Source: Candidatus Omnitrophota bacterium (GTDB taxonomy: Bacteria; Omnitrophota; Omnitrophia; Omnitrophales; Aquincolibacteriaceae). From it: a DNA stretch of 64,000 bases. The position numbers and the translations under genes are program-made. Position 1 is the stretch's first letter, and every line of letters begins with the position of its first letter. The stretch covers positions 9,950-73,949 of the forward strand of contig JAUYMS010000035.1 of assembly GCA_030698625.1 (NCBI GenBank). Direction: 5' to 3'. This document shows, piece by piece, positions 9,813 through 19,909 of the stretch. The notes beneath the pieces were generated by a model, which saw nothing but the letters and a program-made list of their open reading frames with translations, did no database searches and had not been told where the DNA came from.

Positions 9813-11504
9813 ATGAATGATCAGTTCGACAATCAGCTGAGATGGAGGACACGGGTGATCGCTCTTCTTGCGGGCGCGAAGGCGGGCCTTTGCGCCATGG
9901 TCGTCCTGCTTCTGGCATTCTATGGGTTTTTGGCATTTGCCTACCTTCGCCCGGGTGTGCTCGGTGACGGCATTTCTGCGATTTCGCTGTTGGCCGCACT
10001 CGTCGGTATTCCGCTGATTGCCGGATTGATGACTTATGCCGGTCATCGTAATGTGCGCCGTCTCAGCATGGCATTGGAACACCATTACCCGAATTTACGC
10101 GGGCGCATGCTCACGGCTGCCGAGTTGTCGCAAGGGCACAATGGCCGTCAGGAAGATCCTTGGAGACAAGCGCTCGCCAGCAGCCTGATCACAGAGATGG
10201 GTTGTCTGCTCCGCCGCTTTCATTTCGCCAGAGCGTACCGCCCCAAAAAACTGGCAGTCCCGGCGTTAATTTTGATGAGCCTTCTTATCGGCGGGACCGT
10301 TCACGCGACGGTACAGCCTGAGTTTTTTGCAAAGGGGTATCGCCGCATGACCGGTCCCGAAGACGGCGATCTCTTTTCCCACGGTTCCAGAGATTCCTCG
10401 AGACCGTCTTTTACGATCAAGGTTTTCCCGGGTGACTGTAAGGTGATCAAGGGAAATAGTCTTGAAGTGAAGGCAAGCGCGGTGGGCCGCGATCCCGAAC
10501 GAATGGAGTTTTATGTGAAGCACGCCAAGGACCCGAGTTGGCAGGTCTACGGCATGACCTCCAAGGGCGAAGGGAATTTCGAGTTTCTGTGGACCCATAT
10601 TACGGAGCCCAGCCATTACTTCGTCAAAGCCGACGGTGAAACCAGCGCGGTTTTTGATGTCCAACTGTATGAGCCTCTGGGGATGACACGTGTCTTGTGG
10701 AAGCTTCATTTCCCCGAATACATGAATCTTAAAGATCAAACGCAGCTCGGTTGGAAAAGGAAGATTACCTTACCGGAGGGAACAAAAATTGATGTGGCGA
10801 TACAGATGAATCAGCCCGTCAAGGAAGGGCGGCTAATGGTTAAAGGCGGCGATGCGATTGTCATGAAAAAAGATGTGTCAAAAACGGCGCTTGGGGCTTC
10901 GCTCGAAGTTGACGGTGACCTTGTCCTCGATCTGGAAATTCAAGGTGAGAAAGGGGACCCTCTCTTAGGCATGTCCTCCTTATGGATTCAGGCTCTTCCG
11001 GATCTCTTGCCGTATGTTGAGATTTTACAGCCGCAGCTTCAGGGCTATGTTTATCCGACCGAGGAAATTCCTTTTGAGATAAGCGTTAATGATGATTACG
11101 GCGTTAAGTCCGTGACTCTTGTCGTTCATGCCAGGGGCGAAGAGAAGCGCATTGAGTGGATTGCCCCCGGTCAGAATCCCACTGAAACATTGCTATATCC
11201 CGTATTGGAGCTGGAACGATTTCACCTCGATAGCCGGGACCTCGTGTTTGCCTACCTCGAAGTGCTGGACAATAATCCGGCTGAAAATCGCGAACCGGTT
11301 CGATCCGCGATGATGAGCTTCCTTATACGGGATTATGTGGAACAGTTTCGCATGAATGACCCGGCGTCCAGAGACCCGTCGCTAAGAACCATGTTCGAAG
11401 ACCTGCTCGTGGATCAAGAGAAAATTCTGCAGGATACTTGGGATTATCTTTCCATGTCACCTCGCTCGGCGCCCGTTGGTTGGGACGAGGAGGTTGTTGA
11501 GTGA
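9813..11504 (+). CDS. Hypothetical membrane protein with a large extracytoplasmic domain (MoxR-operon member)
   Basis: Several N-terminal hydrophobic helices, then a roughly 380-aa soluble region. It lies 6 nt after the previous gene and overlaps the next by 4 nt. Confidence 0.5.
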   Translation: MNDQFDNQLRWRTRVIALLAGAKAGLCAMVVLLLAFYGFLAFAYLRPGVLGDGISAISLLAALVGIPLIAGLMTYAGHRNVRRLSMALEHHYPNLRGRMLTAAELSQGHNGRQEDPWRQALASSLITEMGCLLRRFHFARAYRPKKLAVPALILMSLLIGGTVHATVQPEFFAKGYRRMTGPEDGDLFSHGSRDSSRPSFTIKVFPGDCKVIKGNSLEVKASAVGRDPERMEFYVKHAKDPSWQVYGMTSKGEGNFEFLWTHITEPSHYFVKADGETSAVFDVQLYEPLGMTRVLWKLHFPEYMNLKDQTQLGWKRKITLPEGTKIDVAIQMNQPVKEGRLMVKGGDAIVMKKDVSKTALGASLEVDGDLVLDLEIQGEKGDPLLGMSSLWIQALPDLLPYVEILQPQLQGYVYPTEEIPFEISVNDDYGVKSVTLVVHARGEEKRIEWIAPGQNPTETLLYPVLELERFHLDSRDLVFAYLEVLDNNPAENREPVRSAMMSFLIRDYVEQFRMNDPASRDPSLRTMFEDLLVDQEKILQDTWDYLSMSPRSAPVGWDEEVVE

Positions 11505-14380
11505 GGCGGCCCATTCTCCTTTCTCTTTTCGCTCTGATGGCAGTGAGTTGTTTGTCGGGTGTCCGTGGCTATGCCGGGGATGTTGCGCCGGAGCTCTTGC
11601 GTTTGAAAGAACGACAGGAGTCTGTTTTGCGGGCCCTTAAGGAGCGGACTCGGGAAGTCGAGAAGAAATTCCCCTATGTGGTGAAAGCGAACGAGAAGCT
11701 CTTTGAGCGCATCCGGGAATCCCAAGACATTCTGGAGAATTCCTTGCTGGCGTTGGGCGCAGAGAATGCGATGGAGTCATTTCAGTATCAAGCCGATTTC
11801 TTCTCGGAAGCCGCTAACATCTTTGTCGAAGGGATCAACTTCATAAAGGATACCGATGATGAGCATAGCCCGCCGATCGGGACATTCCTCGATAAGAAAG
11901 GCAAGCAGGTTCGCTATCCGAGAGAAAAGAAAATGCTTCTCGGCGAGACGCCGTTCTACGAAGCGCAGAGCTTTGAGGAGGCGGATCTCATTACGCTTTC
12001 GGCTAAAGACAAAGGCCTTTCCGAGCCGGAGAAGGACTCCTATCTTGAGGCCCTAGAGGCACAGTTTGACAAGCTCTTTCAATCGAAGGAAAAAGGAGAC
12101 CTTGAGTTCGTAGGGGCTGGCGATGACCAGCCCGCCGGAAACATGGCGATCTTGAAAAAGGAAACAAGCGCTTCCATTGCCGGCCAGGGAAGTGATCATT
12201 CCGGTTCGGAAAATGAAGCGGGTGGTTTTGAACTAACAGAAGGTGAACAAAAGGGAAATGCCGGTAGAGGTGCCGGCGCGAATCTCGGCGGCGCGTTTGT
12301 CCCCGAAGCCGGGGGCGGAGGTTTCAAAGGGGAGCGTTCTGACGGTGATTCCGACGATGGCGGTAAAGGTGAAACGAAAGCGAAGGTTGCCACCGCCAGT
12401 TTGCTTTCGACGGATAAAAAGGCTGCGGCCGGAAATGCCGGAAGCGGTTCGGGATCGGGCAGCGGAGGCGGCGGTGGAAGCGGAGACGTCGCCGGAGGCG
12501 GTGCCGACGACGGTGCTGGGAAGGGTGATAACAATGAAGTCGTGCTGACTGCAGGAGGCGGCCTCGGCAAAGTCAGGCTCGGAAGTGCCGGCGACGGAAT
12601 TGTCCCTGCGCACTCCGGGGATGATTCGGGTATGGGTGCGGCTGCGGTTCCTGGCGCTGCTGGAATGGCGGGTGAAACATCCGGAGATGGATCTGGTTCA
12701 GGGAGCGGATCCGGCGAAGCGGCGGGTGCGGGAGCGTCAGATGGAGCGGGAAGTGGTGCCGGGGCGTCTGCCGGTGCTGGAAGCGGTGCGGGGCAGAATG
12801 AGAGTGGAGATGGCTTCGCAAAAAGTGATGCCGCAGGTGCGGGAGCATCAGATGGAGTGGGAAGTGGTGCCGGGGCGTCTGCCGGTGCTGGAAGCGGTGC
12901 GGGGCAGAATGAGAGTGGCGATGGCATCGCAAAAAGTGATGCCGCGAGCGCGGGCGCGAGTTCCGGAGATGGAGCCGGTGCAGGGAGCGGATCCGGCGAA
13001 GCGGCAGGCGCGGGAGCATCAGATGGAGTGGGAACTGGTGCCGGGGCGTCTGCCGGTGCTGGAAGTGGCGCGGGCCAGGCTGAAAGTGGCGATGGCATCG
13101 CAAAAAGTGATGCCGCAAGCGCGGGCGCGAGTTCCGGTGATGGTGCGGGTGACGCGAGCGGATCGGGAAAAGGAGCCGGAGACGGAAGCGGTGACGGTGC
13201 AGGCGGCGCAGGCCAGGACAAAAGTGGCGACGGCCGCTCCAAAAGTGATACTGCAAGTGCGGGTGCCGGAGCGGGCGATGGAAGCGGTGCCGGAAGTGAC
13301 GGATATGCAGACGCCGAGATAAACGGTTTAGCTGAATCGAGCGGAGATAGCTCGAAAAATGCCTCTGCAGGAACGGCAGATGGATTAGGGAGTAGTGCGG
13401 GCAATACCGATGGTGACGGAGTCGGTGCCAGAAGCGCTGCTTTAGGCGCGGGAGACGGTATCGGTTCAGGTCTCGCAGGCGGTGGCGCAGACGGCTTTGA
13501 CGAAACTGATGCGGGAGACGCGACGCCGGGACATGCAAGCGGTGCTTCAACCGGCCAATCTTCCGGCGGAGTTTCGGGTGGCATGGGCAGTGACGGACAA
13601 ACCGAAGCGGGGGCCGGGAGTGGCGCGAGTGGTGCGGCGGCAGGTGCCGGGCAGCAGGGAAGCGGGCAGTCACAATCCGGCGCGGAACAGAGTGGGGTGT
13701 CCGGTGCGGCCGCAGGGCAAGGTTCCGGTGGAAGCGGCAGTCCGGCAGGAAGCGGCAATGCTGATGCCGCGACGGACAACGGGTCGAGTGCAGGGACTCA
13801 AGGGCCGAGTGGTTCGGCCGGTAGTGCGCAATCATCAAGCCCCGATGCCAAAGAGGCGCAGCTGACCGAAGCAAGACAGAAGCTCAAACCGCAAGAGGCC
13901 GAACAGGAAGACGATATTCTTCAGCAAGAGCAGACCGTAGAAATGATCCGTGACTGGCTGTTGCAGGAAAGATTATTGATTCAGGAGATCAAACGTTTTA
14001 AACCGGTCAAGCAGGAGAATAATCCGAATCCGGAATGGGAATATTATCTCCTCCGTCAGAAACAACTCCTGGTTCAGCTCAAACAGCTGCGCCGCCGTAT
14101 CGAGTTCCTGGGAAAGAAAGATGAATACTTTGTCGATTTGCGAAAAGTTTCGCACATAGCGAACCGTCTCCTGGAACTTATGAATCGCGGTGAGTATACC
14201 GAATACCGGGCCGGGGCAAAGGTGTACGAAGATCTTATGGATGCCATGGAGACAATAGAACCCGCCCACGATGCGAAGGATGCCGAGCTGAAGTCTTATC
14301 GTTCGTCTTCCGATGAGGAAGTGCCTGAGGCATACCGAACGATGGTGGCGCGGTATTTTAAACTCCTGTCAGAGGAATAA
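11501..14380 (+). CDS. Secreted 959-aa protein: signal peptide, coiled-coil N-domain, ~560-aa Gly/Ser/Ala/Asp-rich low-complexity repetitive core, conserved C-terminal domain
   Basis: Signal peptide ILLSLFALMAVSCLSG. Extreme low complexity from about residue 230 to 790, with internal repeats. The C-terminal roughly 170 aa are non-repetitive (EDDILQQEQTVEMIRDWLL…). Confidence 0.55.
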   Translation: MRRPILLSLFALMAVSCLSGVRGYAGDVAPELLRLKERQESVLRALKERTREVEKKFPYVVKANEKLFERIRESQDILENSLLALGAENAMESFQYQADFFSEAANIFVEGINFIKDTDDEHSPPIGTFLDKKGKQVRYPREKKMLLGETPFYEAQSFEEADLITLSAKDKGLSEPEKDSYLEALEAQFDKLFQSKEKGDLEFVGAGDDQPAGNMAILKKETSASIAGQGSDHSGSENEAGGFELTEGEQKGNAGRGAGANLGGAFVPEAGGGGFKGERSDGDSDDGGKGETKAKVATASLLSTDKKAAAGNAGSGSGSGSGGGGGSGDVAGGGADDGAGKGDNNEVVLTAGGGLGKVRLGSAGDGIVPAHSGDDSGMGAAAVPGAAGMAGETSGDGSGSGSGSGEAAGAGASDGAGSGAGASAGAGSGAGQNESGDGFAKSDAAGAGASDGVGSGAGASAGAGSGAGQNESGDGIAKSDAASAGASSGDGAGAGSGSGEAAGAGASDGVGTGAGASAGAGSGAGQAESGDGIAKSDAASAGASSGDGAGDASGSGKGAGDGSGDGAGGAGQDKSGDGRSKSDTASAGAGAGDGSGAGSDGYADAEINGLAESSGDSSKNASAGTADGLGSSAGNTDGDGVGARSAALGAGDGIGSGLAGGGADGFDETDAGDATPGHASGASTGQSSGGVSGGMGSDGQTEAGAGSGASGAAAGAGQQGSGQSQSGAEQSGVSGAAAGQGSGGSGSPAGSGNADAATDNGSSAGTQGPSGSAGSAQSSSPDAKEAQLTEARQKLKPQEAEQEDDILQQEQTVEMIRDWLLQERLLIQEIKRFKPVKQENNPNPEWEYYLLRQKQLLVQLKQLRRRIEFLGKKDEYFVDLRKVSHIANRLLELMNRGEYTEYRAGAKVYEDLMDAMETIEPAHDAKDAELKSYRSSSDEEVPEAYRTMVARYFKLLSEE
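12650..13210. repeat. Tandem near-identical DNA repeats inside the low-complexity gene, built on a ~111-nt core inside a ~171-nt unit
   Basis: The core gcgggagcrtcagatggagygggaagtggtgccggggcgtctgccggtgctggaagcggtgcggggcagaatgagagtgg… recurs from about 12728, 12839 and 13009 at over 90% identity. It encodes GAGASDG[AV]GSGAGASAGAGSGAGQNESGDG[FI]AKSDAA…. Confidence 0.6.
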
Positions 14381-14390
14381 AGCCTAAACA

Positions 14391-16625
14391 ATGAAAATTC
14401 AATTTCTAAATGAAATATCAACGACGGGACTGTTCGGGTTGCTGGCCGTCATCGCATTTTCGTTGTTGTTCGCCTTCCACCGGTTTTCGGTTCCTACGCG
14501 CTTGCAGACGCGGTTGATCTTAGCGGGGCTGCGGACATTTCTTGTGCTGATCATCCTCTTCATCTTGCTCGACCCGTTTTGGGAGAAGACGCGAGACTCC
14601 GACTGGGTAGGCGTTTTAATCGATACCTCAGAGAGTGTCAATGTCCGCGATCCTCAGTCCAAGGCATCCAGGATTAATCTGCTCAAGGATTATCTGTTAG
14701 GGGATTCGTATTGGAAAAACCTCGAGAAAAATAAACTGCGCCAATTTCATACCTTTGATTCCGGCGTTCGCGAGAATGTTCATGCAAGCGACATTTCAGG
14801 CCGTACTAAACCAAGCAATCTCATTTCGGCGGTGCGCGAGATCGAAGGGCGGTACGGCGAAGACCCTGATCTCCTTGGGTGGATTTTATTTTCTGATGGT
14901 GCTGCAACGGATTTTGACGGAGAAGTCCGAGAGTCCCTGCCGGAAACGAGTTTTCCTTGGATCACGGTGGGTTTGGGGCAAGCGGGTGAGGCGCCGAATC
15001 TGCGATTAGAGGCTCCCGATGTCCGAGAGAGCGTATTTGTCGGCGAAAGAGTCCCTCTTAGGGCGCGGTGGATTTCGACATTTCGTTCGCCTCCCGAGAC
15101 GATCCTTTCGGTTCGCTTGAATGGACAAACGGTCTATGAAAAGAAGGTAAAGACCGAAGCCGGCGAGGCAGAGCTTGAAATCGAAATCCCAACCAAGGGA
15201 AGTCATGCGTTGGATCTCGAATTGAAGCCGCTCCCCGGAGAGGGAACCAAAACAGACAACAGCGTGCGGTGGTGGCTTGAGGCTGCTCCCCGGAAGATCC
15301 GCGTTTTTTACGCGGAGTCGTTTTATAAAACGGATAATCTCTTTAAAGAAGCTTTGGAAGCGGACAAAGATTATGAAGTCACGTTTGCTTCGAGTCTTCT
15401 TGGATTTTCCCGCCAGCGGGCAGTCCCGTTTATTAAAGATCCGTTATACGGATTCCCTAAAACGCGCGAAGCATTGCTTGATTACGACGTCATCGTTCTC
15501 AGTGACGTAAAGCGTAGTCTCCTCAGCACCGAACAGATCGAATGGGTTCAGGAGCTCGTCTCTGAACAAGGGGGGGCTCTGGTGATGATCGGAGGCATTG
15601 ACTCGTTCGGCGACGGAGGATATGTCGGCACCAAGATCGAGGACATGCTTCCCGTAGGGATCAGCGAGGAATATCAGAAGGATGTTTATCTGGCGGCACG
15701 AGGTACCGTTGAAGATCCCTTCCGTCCGAAGATCGCCGAAGGCGCGGCGGCGCACCCTTTCTTGAAACTAAGCGAACACCCCGGCGACAATCTGAAACTC
15801 TGGAAAACAGTTCCTCTCTTGGGTGGTTATAACTATGTGGGCCGTCTCAAACCGGGTGCCACGGCACTGCTTGAGCATCCTGTTGACGAGAGTGCATTCG
15901 GGCCGCGAGTGATTATGGCCGTGCAGAATTTCGGCCGCGGTAAGGTGTTGGCCTTTACCTCGGACATTACCTATAACTGGGGACAATGGTTCCAGGCCTG
16001 GCGCGATGAGTCCGACCGCTGGGTCTTTGCCGATTTTTGGCGTCACGCCTTGAAGGGGCTGACGGAAAACAGGATGGCCTATAAAACGCATGCCTTACAG
16101 CTCGAACGCACGCCGCAATTGGCAGACAGCTCACAACCCCTTACCTTTAAGACAACTTTGCCGGCAAGCGCCGCGAATCTCGCTTCGGGAACCCTGCAGT
16201 TTGAATTGCTCAAGAACGGTAAGCGGGAACGCTTCGAAGAAATCGATGCCTTCATGTTCCAGGAGAAACTGTCCTGGGCGACTTCGGCGCTTGAAGAAGG
16301 GGATTACCGGTTGCGCGTTCTTTATGCCCCTCCGAATAGTGCCCCGGTCGCCAAGGAGATGCCCTTTACCGTACATATGTCGCGCGAGGAATCCCATCAC
16401 TTGGAATTTCAACCCGACGTCTTGAAGAAGTTGGCCGAACACTCAGGCGGTGTCTATCTTCCCTTTTCCGATATCGCTCAGCTTGCTGATGCCACGAATC
16501 AAATCGGCAGGCTGCGTCTGCATTTCCACTCGACCCCATTCTGGAATCAACCTTGGATTTATGCCCTTCTCCTGGGGATATTGTCATTCGACTGGTTTCT
16601 GAGGAAAAAGACGGGGTTGGAGTAA
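14391..16625 (+). CDS. BatA-like N-terminal double-TM protein with a vWA-like region and a glutamine-amidotransferase-like domain
   Basis: N-terminal TM pair (LFGLLAVIAFSLLFAF … LILAGLRTFLVLIILFILL), VLIDTSESV motif, then VIVLSDVKRS…GGALVMIGG (class-I GATase-like/ThuA-like fold). C-terminal TM. Confidence 0.6.
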   Translation: MKIQFLNEISTTGLFGLLAVIAFSLLFAFHRFSVPTRLQTRLILAGLRTFLVLIILFILLDPFWEKTRDSDWVGVLIDTSESVNVRDPQSKASRINLLKDYLLGDSYWKNLEKNKLRQFHTFDSGVRENVHASDISGRTKPSNLISAVREIEGRYGEDPDLLGWILFSDGAATDFDGEVRESLPETSFPWITVGLGQAGEAPNLRLEAPDVRESVFVGERVPLRARWISTFRSPPETILSVRLNGQTVYEKKVKTEAGEAELEIEIPTKGSHALDLELKPLPGEGTKTDNSVRWWLEAAPRKIRVFYAESFYKTDNLFKEALEADKDYEVTFASSLLGFSRQRAVPFIKDPLYGFPKTREALLDYDVIVLSDVKRSLLSTEQIEWVQELVSEQGGALVMIGGIDSFGDGGYVGTKIEDMLPVGISEEYQKDVYLAARGTVEDPFRPKIAEGAAAHPFLKLSEHPGDNLKLWKTVPLLGGYNYVGRLKPGATALLEHPVDESAFGPRVIMAVQNFGRGKVLAFTSDITYNWGQWFQAWRDESDRWVFADFWRHALKGLTENRMAYKTHALQLERTPQLADSSQPLTFKTTLPASAANLASGTLQFELLKNGKRERFEEIDAFMFQEKLSWATSALEEGDYRLRVLYAPPNSAPVAKEMPFTVHMSREESHHLEFQPDVLKKLAEHSGGVYLPFSDIAQLADATNQIGRLRLHFHSTPFWNQPWIYALLLGILSFDWFLRKKTGLE

Positions 16626-16644
16626 ACGGCAGTAGGTGTATAAT
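16617..16644 (+). promoter_or_regulatory. Putative sigma70-type promoter for the dienelactone hydrolase gene
   Basis: TTGGAG – 16 nt – TATAAT (16639–16644). RBS AAAGGAG and ATG at 16671. Confidence 0.4.
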
Positions 16645-16670
16645 ATCCGCTTCAAATAAAGGAGTTATTC

Positions 16671-17459
16671 ATGAAGATCCTATCCGCGCTGATTTTGTTT
16701 GCAGTCATTGTAATGCCTTCCGTCCACGCTCAAATTCAAGCGTATGACGTAGAGTACTCGGCGGGCGGTGATATTCCGCTGCGCGGTTATTTGGTTTACG
16801 ATAAAGACCTGACAGAACCGACGCCGGGTATTTTAGTCGTGCATGAGTGGTGGGGCCAGAACGACTATGCGCGGAAGCGTGCCTGGATGTTGGCGGAGCT
16901 TGGATATACCGCTTTGGCCATCGATATGTACGGAGAAGGAAAGGTTGCGACTCATCCGAAGGATGCGGGGGCGTTTGCGGGGGAGGCGAAGGCAAACATG
17001 GATGTTGCGCAGGCACGGTTTAAGGCGGCCTTGGACGTGCTGAAAAATTATAAGGGAACCGATCCTGATAAGATTGCAGCCATTGGTTACTGTTTCGGCG
17101 GTGGTATTGTCCTTGAGATGGCGCGTCGGGGTATGGATATTGCCGGTGTCGTTAGTTTTCACGGTTCTTTGGCAACTGAGAATCCGGCTGTACCCGGAGC
17201 CGTAAAAGCAAAGGTCCTTGTATTACACGGTGCCGATGATAAGTTTATTCCGCCCGCACAGGTTGAAGCCTTTAAGAAGGAAATGGAAGATGCCGGTGTC
17301 GATTACCGGTTTATTAGCTACGAAGGCGCTACCCACAGTTTTACCAATCCCGCAGCCGACGAGCTTGCCCGCGAATTCGAACTTGATGTCGCTTATAATC
17401 CCCAGGCCGACCACGAATCTTGGCAGGCCCTGCAGGATTTTTTTGAGAGCCTCTTTTAA
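16671..17459 (+). CDS. Dienelactone hydrolase family protein (secreted)
   Basis: Signal peptide. HEWWG and the nucleophile motif IGYCFGGG. Overall alpha/beta-hydrolase DLH pattern. Confidence 0.8.
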   Translation: MKILSALILFAVIVMPSVHAQIQAYDVEYSAGGDIPLRGYLVYDKDLTEPTPGILVVHEWWGQNDYARKRAWMLAELGYTALAIDMYGEGKVATHPKDAGAFAGEAKANMDVAQARFKAALDVLKNYKGTDPDKIAAIGYCFGGGIVLEMARRGMDIAGVVSFHGSLATENPAVPGAVKAKVLVLHGADDKFIPPAQVEAFKKEMEDAGVDYRFISYEGATHSFTNPAADELAREFELDVAYNPQADHESWQALQDFFESLF

Positions 17460-17710
17460 GCTCCCCTAGGGCTTTTGCCTTCCTCAAGCTGCGAACTTTA
17501 AATCCTTAATAAATCCTAAGGGACTGTCATATTGAGACATGGAAAGATAGCACTGCTTTAATAAGTAATTAACTAGCAATATATATCATTATAGACTATT
17601 GAATGTCATATATTTCTGTGTATGCTTTGGTTATAGGTTGAAAAGGTTTGTCTCGGAGGGTGAGCATAAGGATTTCGGAGAAGCAAAACAGAAGACCACG
17701 AGGTGCGGAC

Positions 17711-18547
17711 ATGGAAGCAAAGCGAAACATGACGTCCCACATTAAAGCATGGATAGCCATGATAGTGGTCTTTACTCTAGTTTGTTACTCACCGGCCATC
17801 GCTTTCGCCGAAGCCCCCGAAACTTCAGCCGATTTTCACAGCACTCAAAGTAACAGCCTAGCCGCTCTCGACCAGGCGGCCGCTCAACTAGGCTTGGCCA
17901 TGTACCTGCATAATCAAAATTACGGCGTTAACGGCGGTACCAATAGACAGCGGTTGCTGGGGGAACTGGGCAAAGTAACCGAAGAGACTGAGGCCGTCCG
18001 CAAGAATGGCAGCCACGTTATTCCTGTTGAGATATTGAAAGTCCAAATGACTCTGGGGCGTGATATCCGCGGTGCGATTAAAGAGTCTGCGGAACATGTA
18101 AACCAAGGTTTTCGTCTTGGGCAGCCAAGGCTCGTGGATCATGAGCTCGATGATGTCATGAATCCGGGATGGAATAAAATGTCGGATCAAGCCCGCGATA
18201 CACTGAAAGCAGTGCAGGCACGTCTGCGCGATCGCGGCAAAAAAGATAAAGAGGACGGAGAAGATTCTGAAGGGTCGGAGCGTGGCTTGAAAAATGCCCT
18301 GTCGCGTGTTGAAGCTGCCAGGGCAAGAGCGACCAATGAAAGAGCGGGATTGGTAGCGAGCAAGGTTCTCGCGGGGCTTCTCTCCGATGCCAGGAACCAA
18401 GGGATTCAAGAGATTGCCAGGACAGCAGCGGCTGCAGCCGGAAATGGCCGGCGGGGGAAGGGGAGACCGGCAGGTGTGGGCGGTGGTCCTCCGGCAGATC
18501 CTCCAGGCGGTGGTCCTCCCGCAGGTAAAGGCGGGGGAAGGCCTTAA
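17711..18547 (+). CDS. Secreted hypothetical protein with a Gly/Pro-rich C-terminus
   Basis: The start was chosen at MEAKRNMTSHIKAWIAMIVVFTLV (signal/anchor). An upstream GTG at 17648 is possible. The tail is GKGRPAGVGGGPPADPPGGGPPAGKGGGRP. An AT-rich promoter region lies at 17460–17700. Confidence 0.4.
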   Translation: MEAKRNMTSHIKAWIAMIVVFTLVCYSPAIAFAEAPETSADFHSTQSNSLAALDQAAAQLGLAMYLHNQNYGVNGGTNRQRLLGELGKVTEETEAVRKNGSHVIPVEILKVQMTLGRDIRGAIKESAEHVNQGFRLGQPRLVDHELDDVMNPGWNKMSDQARDTLKAVQARLRDRGKKDKEDGEDSEGSERGLKNALSRVEAARARATNERAGLVASKVLAGLLSDARNQGIQEIARTAAAAAGNGRRGKGRPAGVGGGPPADPPGGGPPAGKGGGRP

Positions 18548-18619
18548 CGGGCCGTTGTCCGGGAACATTTTCATTGTGTCTTTCTTGCGGGGTAACTGCC
18601 GATCAGGCAATGTGAGAAT

Positions 18620-19909
18620 ATGCGCTTTAGCCATAAAATCTCGTTAGGGATTAGTTTGCTCGTGGTGGGTTTATTGGCCCTCATCATGATCGTGGGCAAC
18701 ATGGCCATTACGAGAGGCATCAAAAAGAATATCCACCGAGACCTCCTCGCCGCACAGCAGTCCTTCCAACAGTTTGAACAGCATCGCTTCCGCCAGCTTC
18801 TGATTCATAATGAGACCATGGTGGGGATCCCGCATCTCAAAGCCGTGGTGAGCACTGAGGGCATGGAGCCCCGCATGGTGCACAATTTTGCCGAGGAAAT
18901 TAGACGCACCATCGATAGCGACATCGTCATACTCACCGATGTTAAAGGAACTCTCCTGGCCAGTGTGAGTGAGCCTAATCGCTATGGAGAAGACATGTCC
19001 CAAGACCCTGCCGTCAAGATGCCGCTGGAAGGGAAAATGTACCAGGGCTTGTGGACAAGTGCCGGACAAATCTACCAAGTAGTCGGCAACCCGTTTCGCT
19101 TCGGGCCCGAAGTTGCGGGGGTTCTTCTTACGGGTTTTGCCGTGGACCGCGAGGTCATGGATACCATCGCGGGAATGACGGGTTGTGATGTGGCGATCGT
19201 CACCTCCGACCTGATTCAGGTCTCTGAAGGCTCGGGGAATACGTTGACGGCACTTCGTCCGGAACTCATGCAAATCGGAAAAGAATCACCGGGGCGCATT
19301 TTTACCAAAACGATTAACAACGAAACTTATCTCCTGATCTTAGGTCCCTTTGGCGCCAATGAGACTTTCTATGCCTTGGCCCGCTCTCTCGACCATGAAC
19401 TCCTTTTTTACCGCAAATTGCAGCAGCAAATTTTGCTGATGGCTTCCGGTATCTTGATCATCGCGCTCGTACTGGGTGTTCTTTATGCGCGAAGAATTGC
19501 GCGGCCGATTCAGGCACTTGTAAGCGGATCCCAGAAGATTGCTGATGGGGATTTGTCCGCTCGTGTGTATGTGAAGTCTAAAGGGGAGCTTGGTGACTTG
19601 GCTCAGGCTTTCAATACGATGGCGGAGTCGCTCAAGAAAACAGTCGTATCCAAAACCTATATCGATAATATCCTGCGAAGCATGCCCAACAGCGTGATCG
19701 TGGTGACGCGACAGGGAAACATTGAGACTGTCAACGATGCCACCTGCGCCCTTCTAGGGTATGCCAAAGAGGAGCTCTTCGGAAAACCGGCCAGTCTTTT
19801 CCTGGGGGAAGACCAGGCACTGTTGTTTGGTCTTGGCCTGGCGCCTGGACCCGGGAAGGACCACTCTCCGTCGGGCACTGAGGCGACATACTGGGGGAAG
19901 GGGGCGTGA
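18620..19909 (+). CDS. Sensor histidine kinase, N-terminal part (TM – periplasmic domain – TM – HAMP – start of PAS). Probably one gene with 19906–20742, interrupted by a frameshift
   Basis: HAMP motif RPIQALVSGSQKIADGDLSARV…LGDLAQAFNTMAESL, then the PAS start ILRSMPNSVIVVTRQGNIETVNDATCALLGYAKEELFGKPASLFLGED. The PAS fold stops mid-domain at the stop codon inside the tract GGGGGAAGGGGGCGTGA. Confidence 0.6.
   Translation: MRFSHKISLGISLLVVGLLALIMIVGNMAITRGIKKNIHRDLLAAQQSFQQFEQHRFRQLLIHNETMVGIPHLKAVVSTEGMEPRMVHNFAEEIRRTIDSDIVILTDVKGTLLASVSEPNRYGEDMSQDPAVKMPLEGKMYQGLWTSAGQIYQVVGNPFRFGPEVAGVLLTGFAVDREVMDTIAGMTGCDVAIVTSDLIQVSEGSGNTLTALRPELMQIGKESPGRIFTKTINNETYLLILGPFGANETFYALARSLDHELLFYRKLQQQILLMASGILIIALVLGVLYARRIARPIQALVSGSQKIADGDLSARVYVKSKGELGDLAQAFNTMAESLKKTVVSKTYIDNILRSMPNSVIVVTRQGNIETVNDATCALLGYAKEELFGKPASLFLGEDQALLFGLGLAPGPGKDHSPSGTEATYWGKGA

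Noticed and set aside
12196-13874. Long antisense and alternative-frame ORFs (12196–13779 minus, 12573–13874 minus, 12585–13322 plus, 13482–13865 plus) overlapping the Gly/Ser/Ala-rich gene
   Set aside because: Their products are Pro/Ala/Ser- or Arg/His-rich low-complexity strings that arise automatically from GC-rich triplet repeats. None has a start context or domain. The + strand frame 11501–14380 has a signal peptide and structured N- and C-domains.
17455-17480. Possible terminator after the dienelactone hydrolase gene (CCCTAGGG palindrome followed by CTTTTG)
   Set aside because: The stem has essentially no loop and the T-tract is only 3–4 nt. The support is too weak to call.
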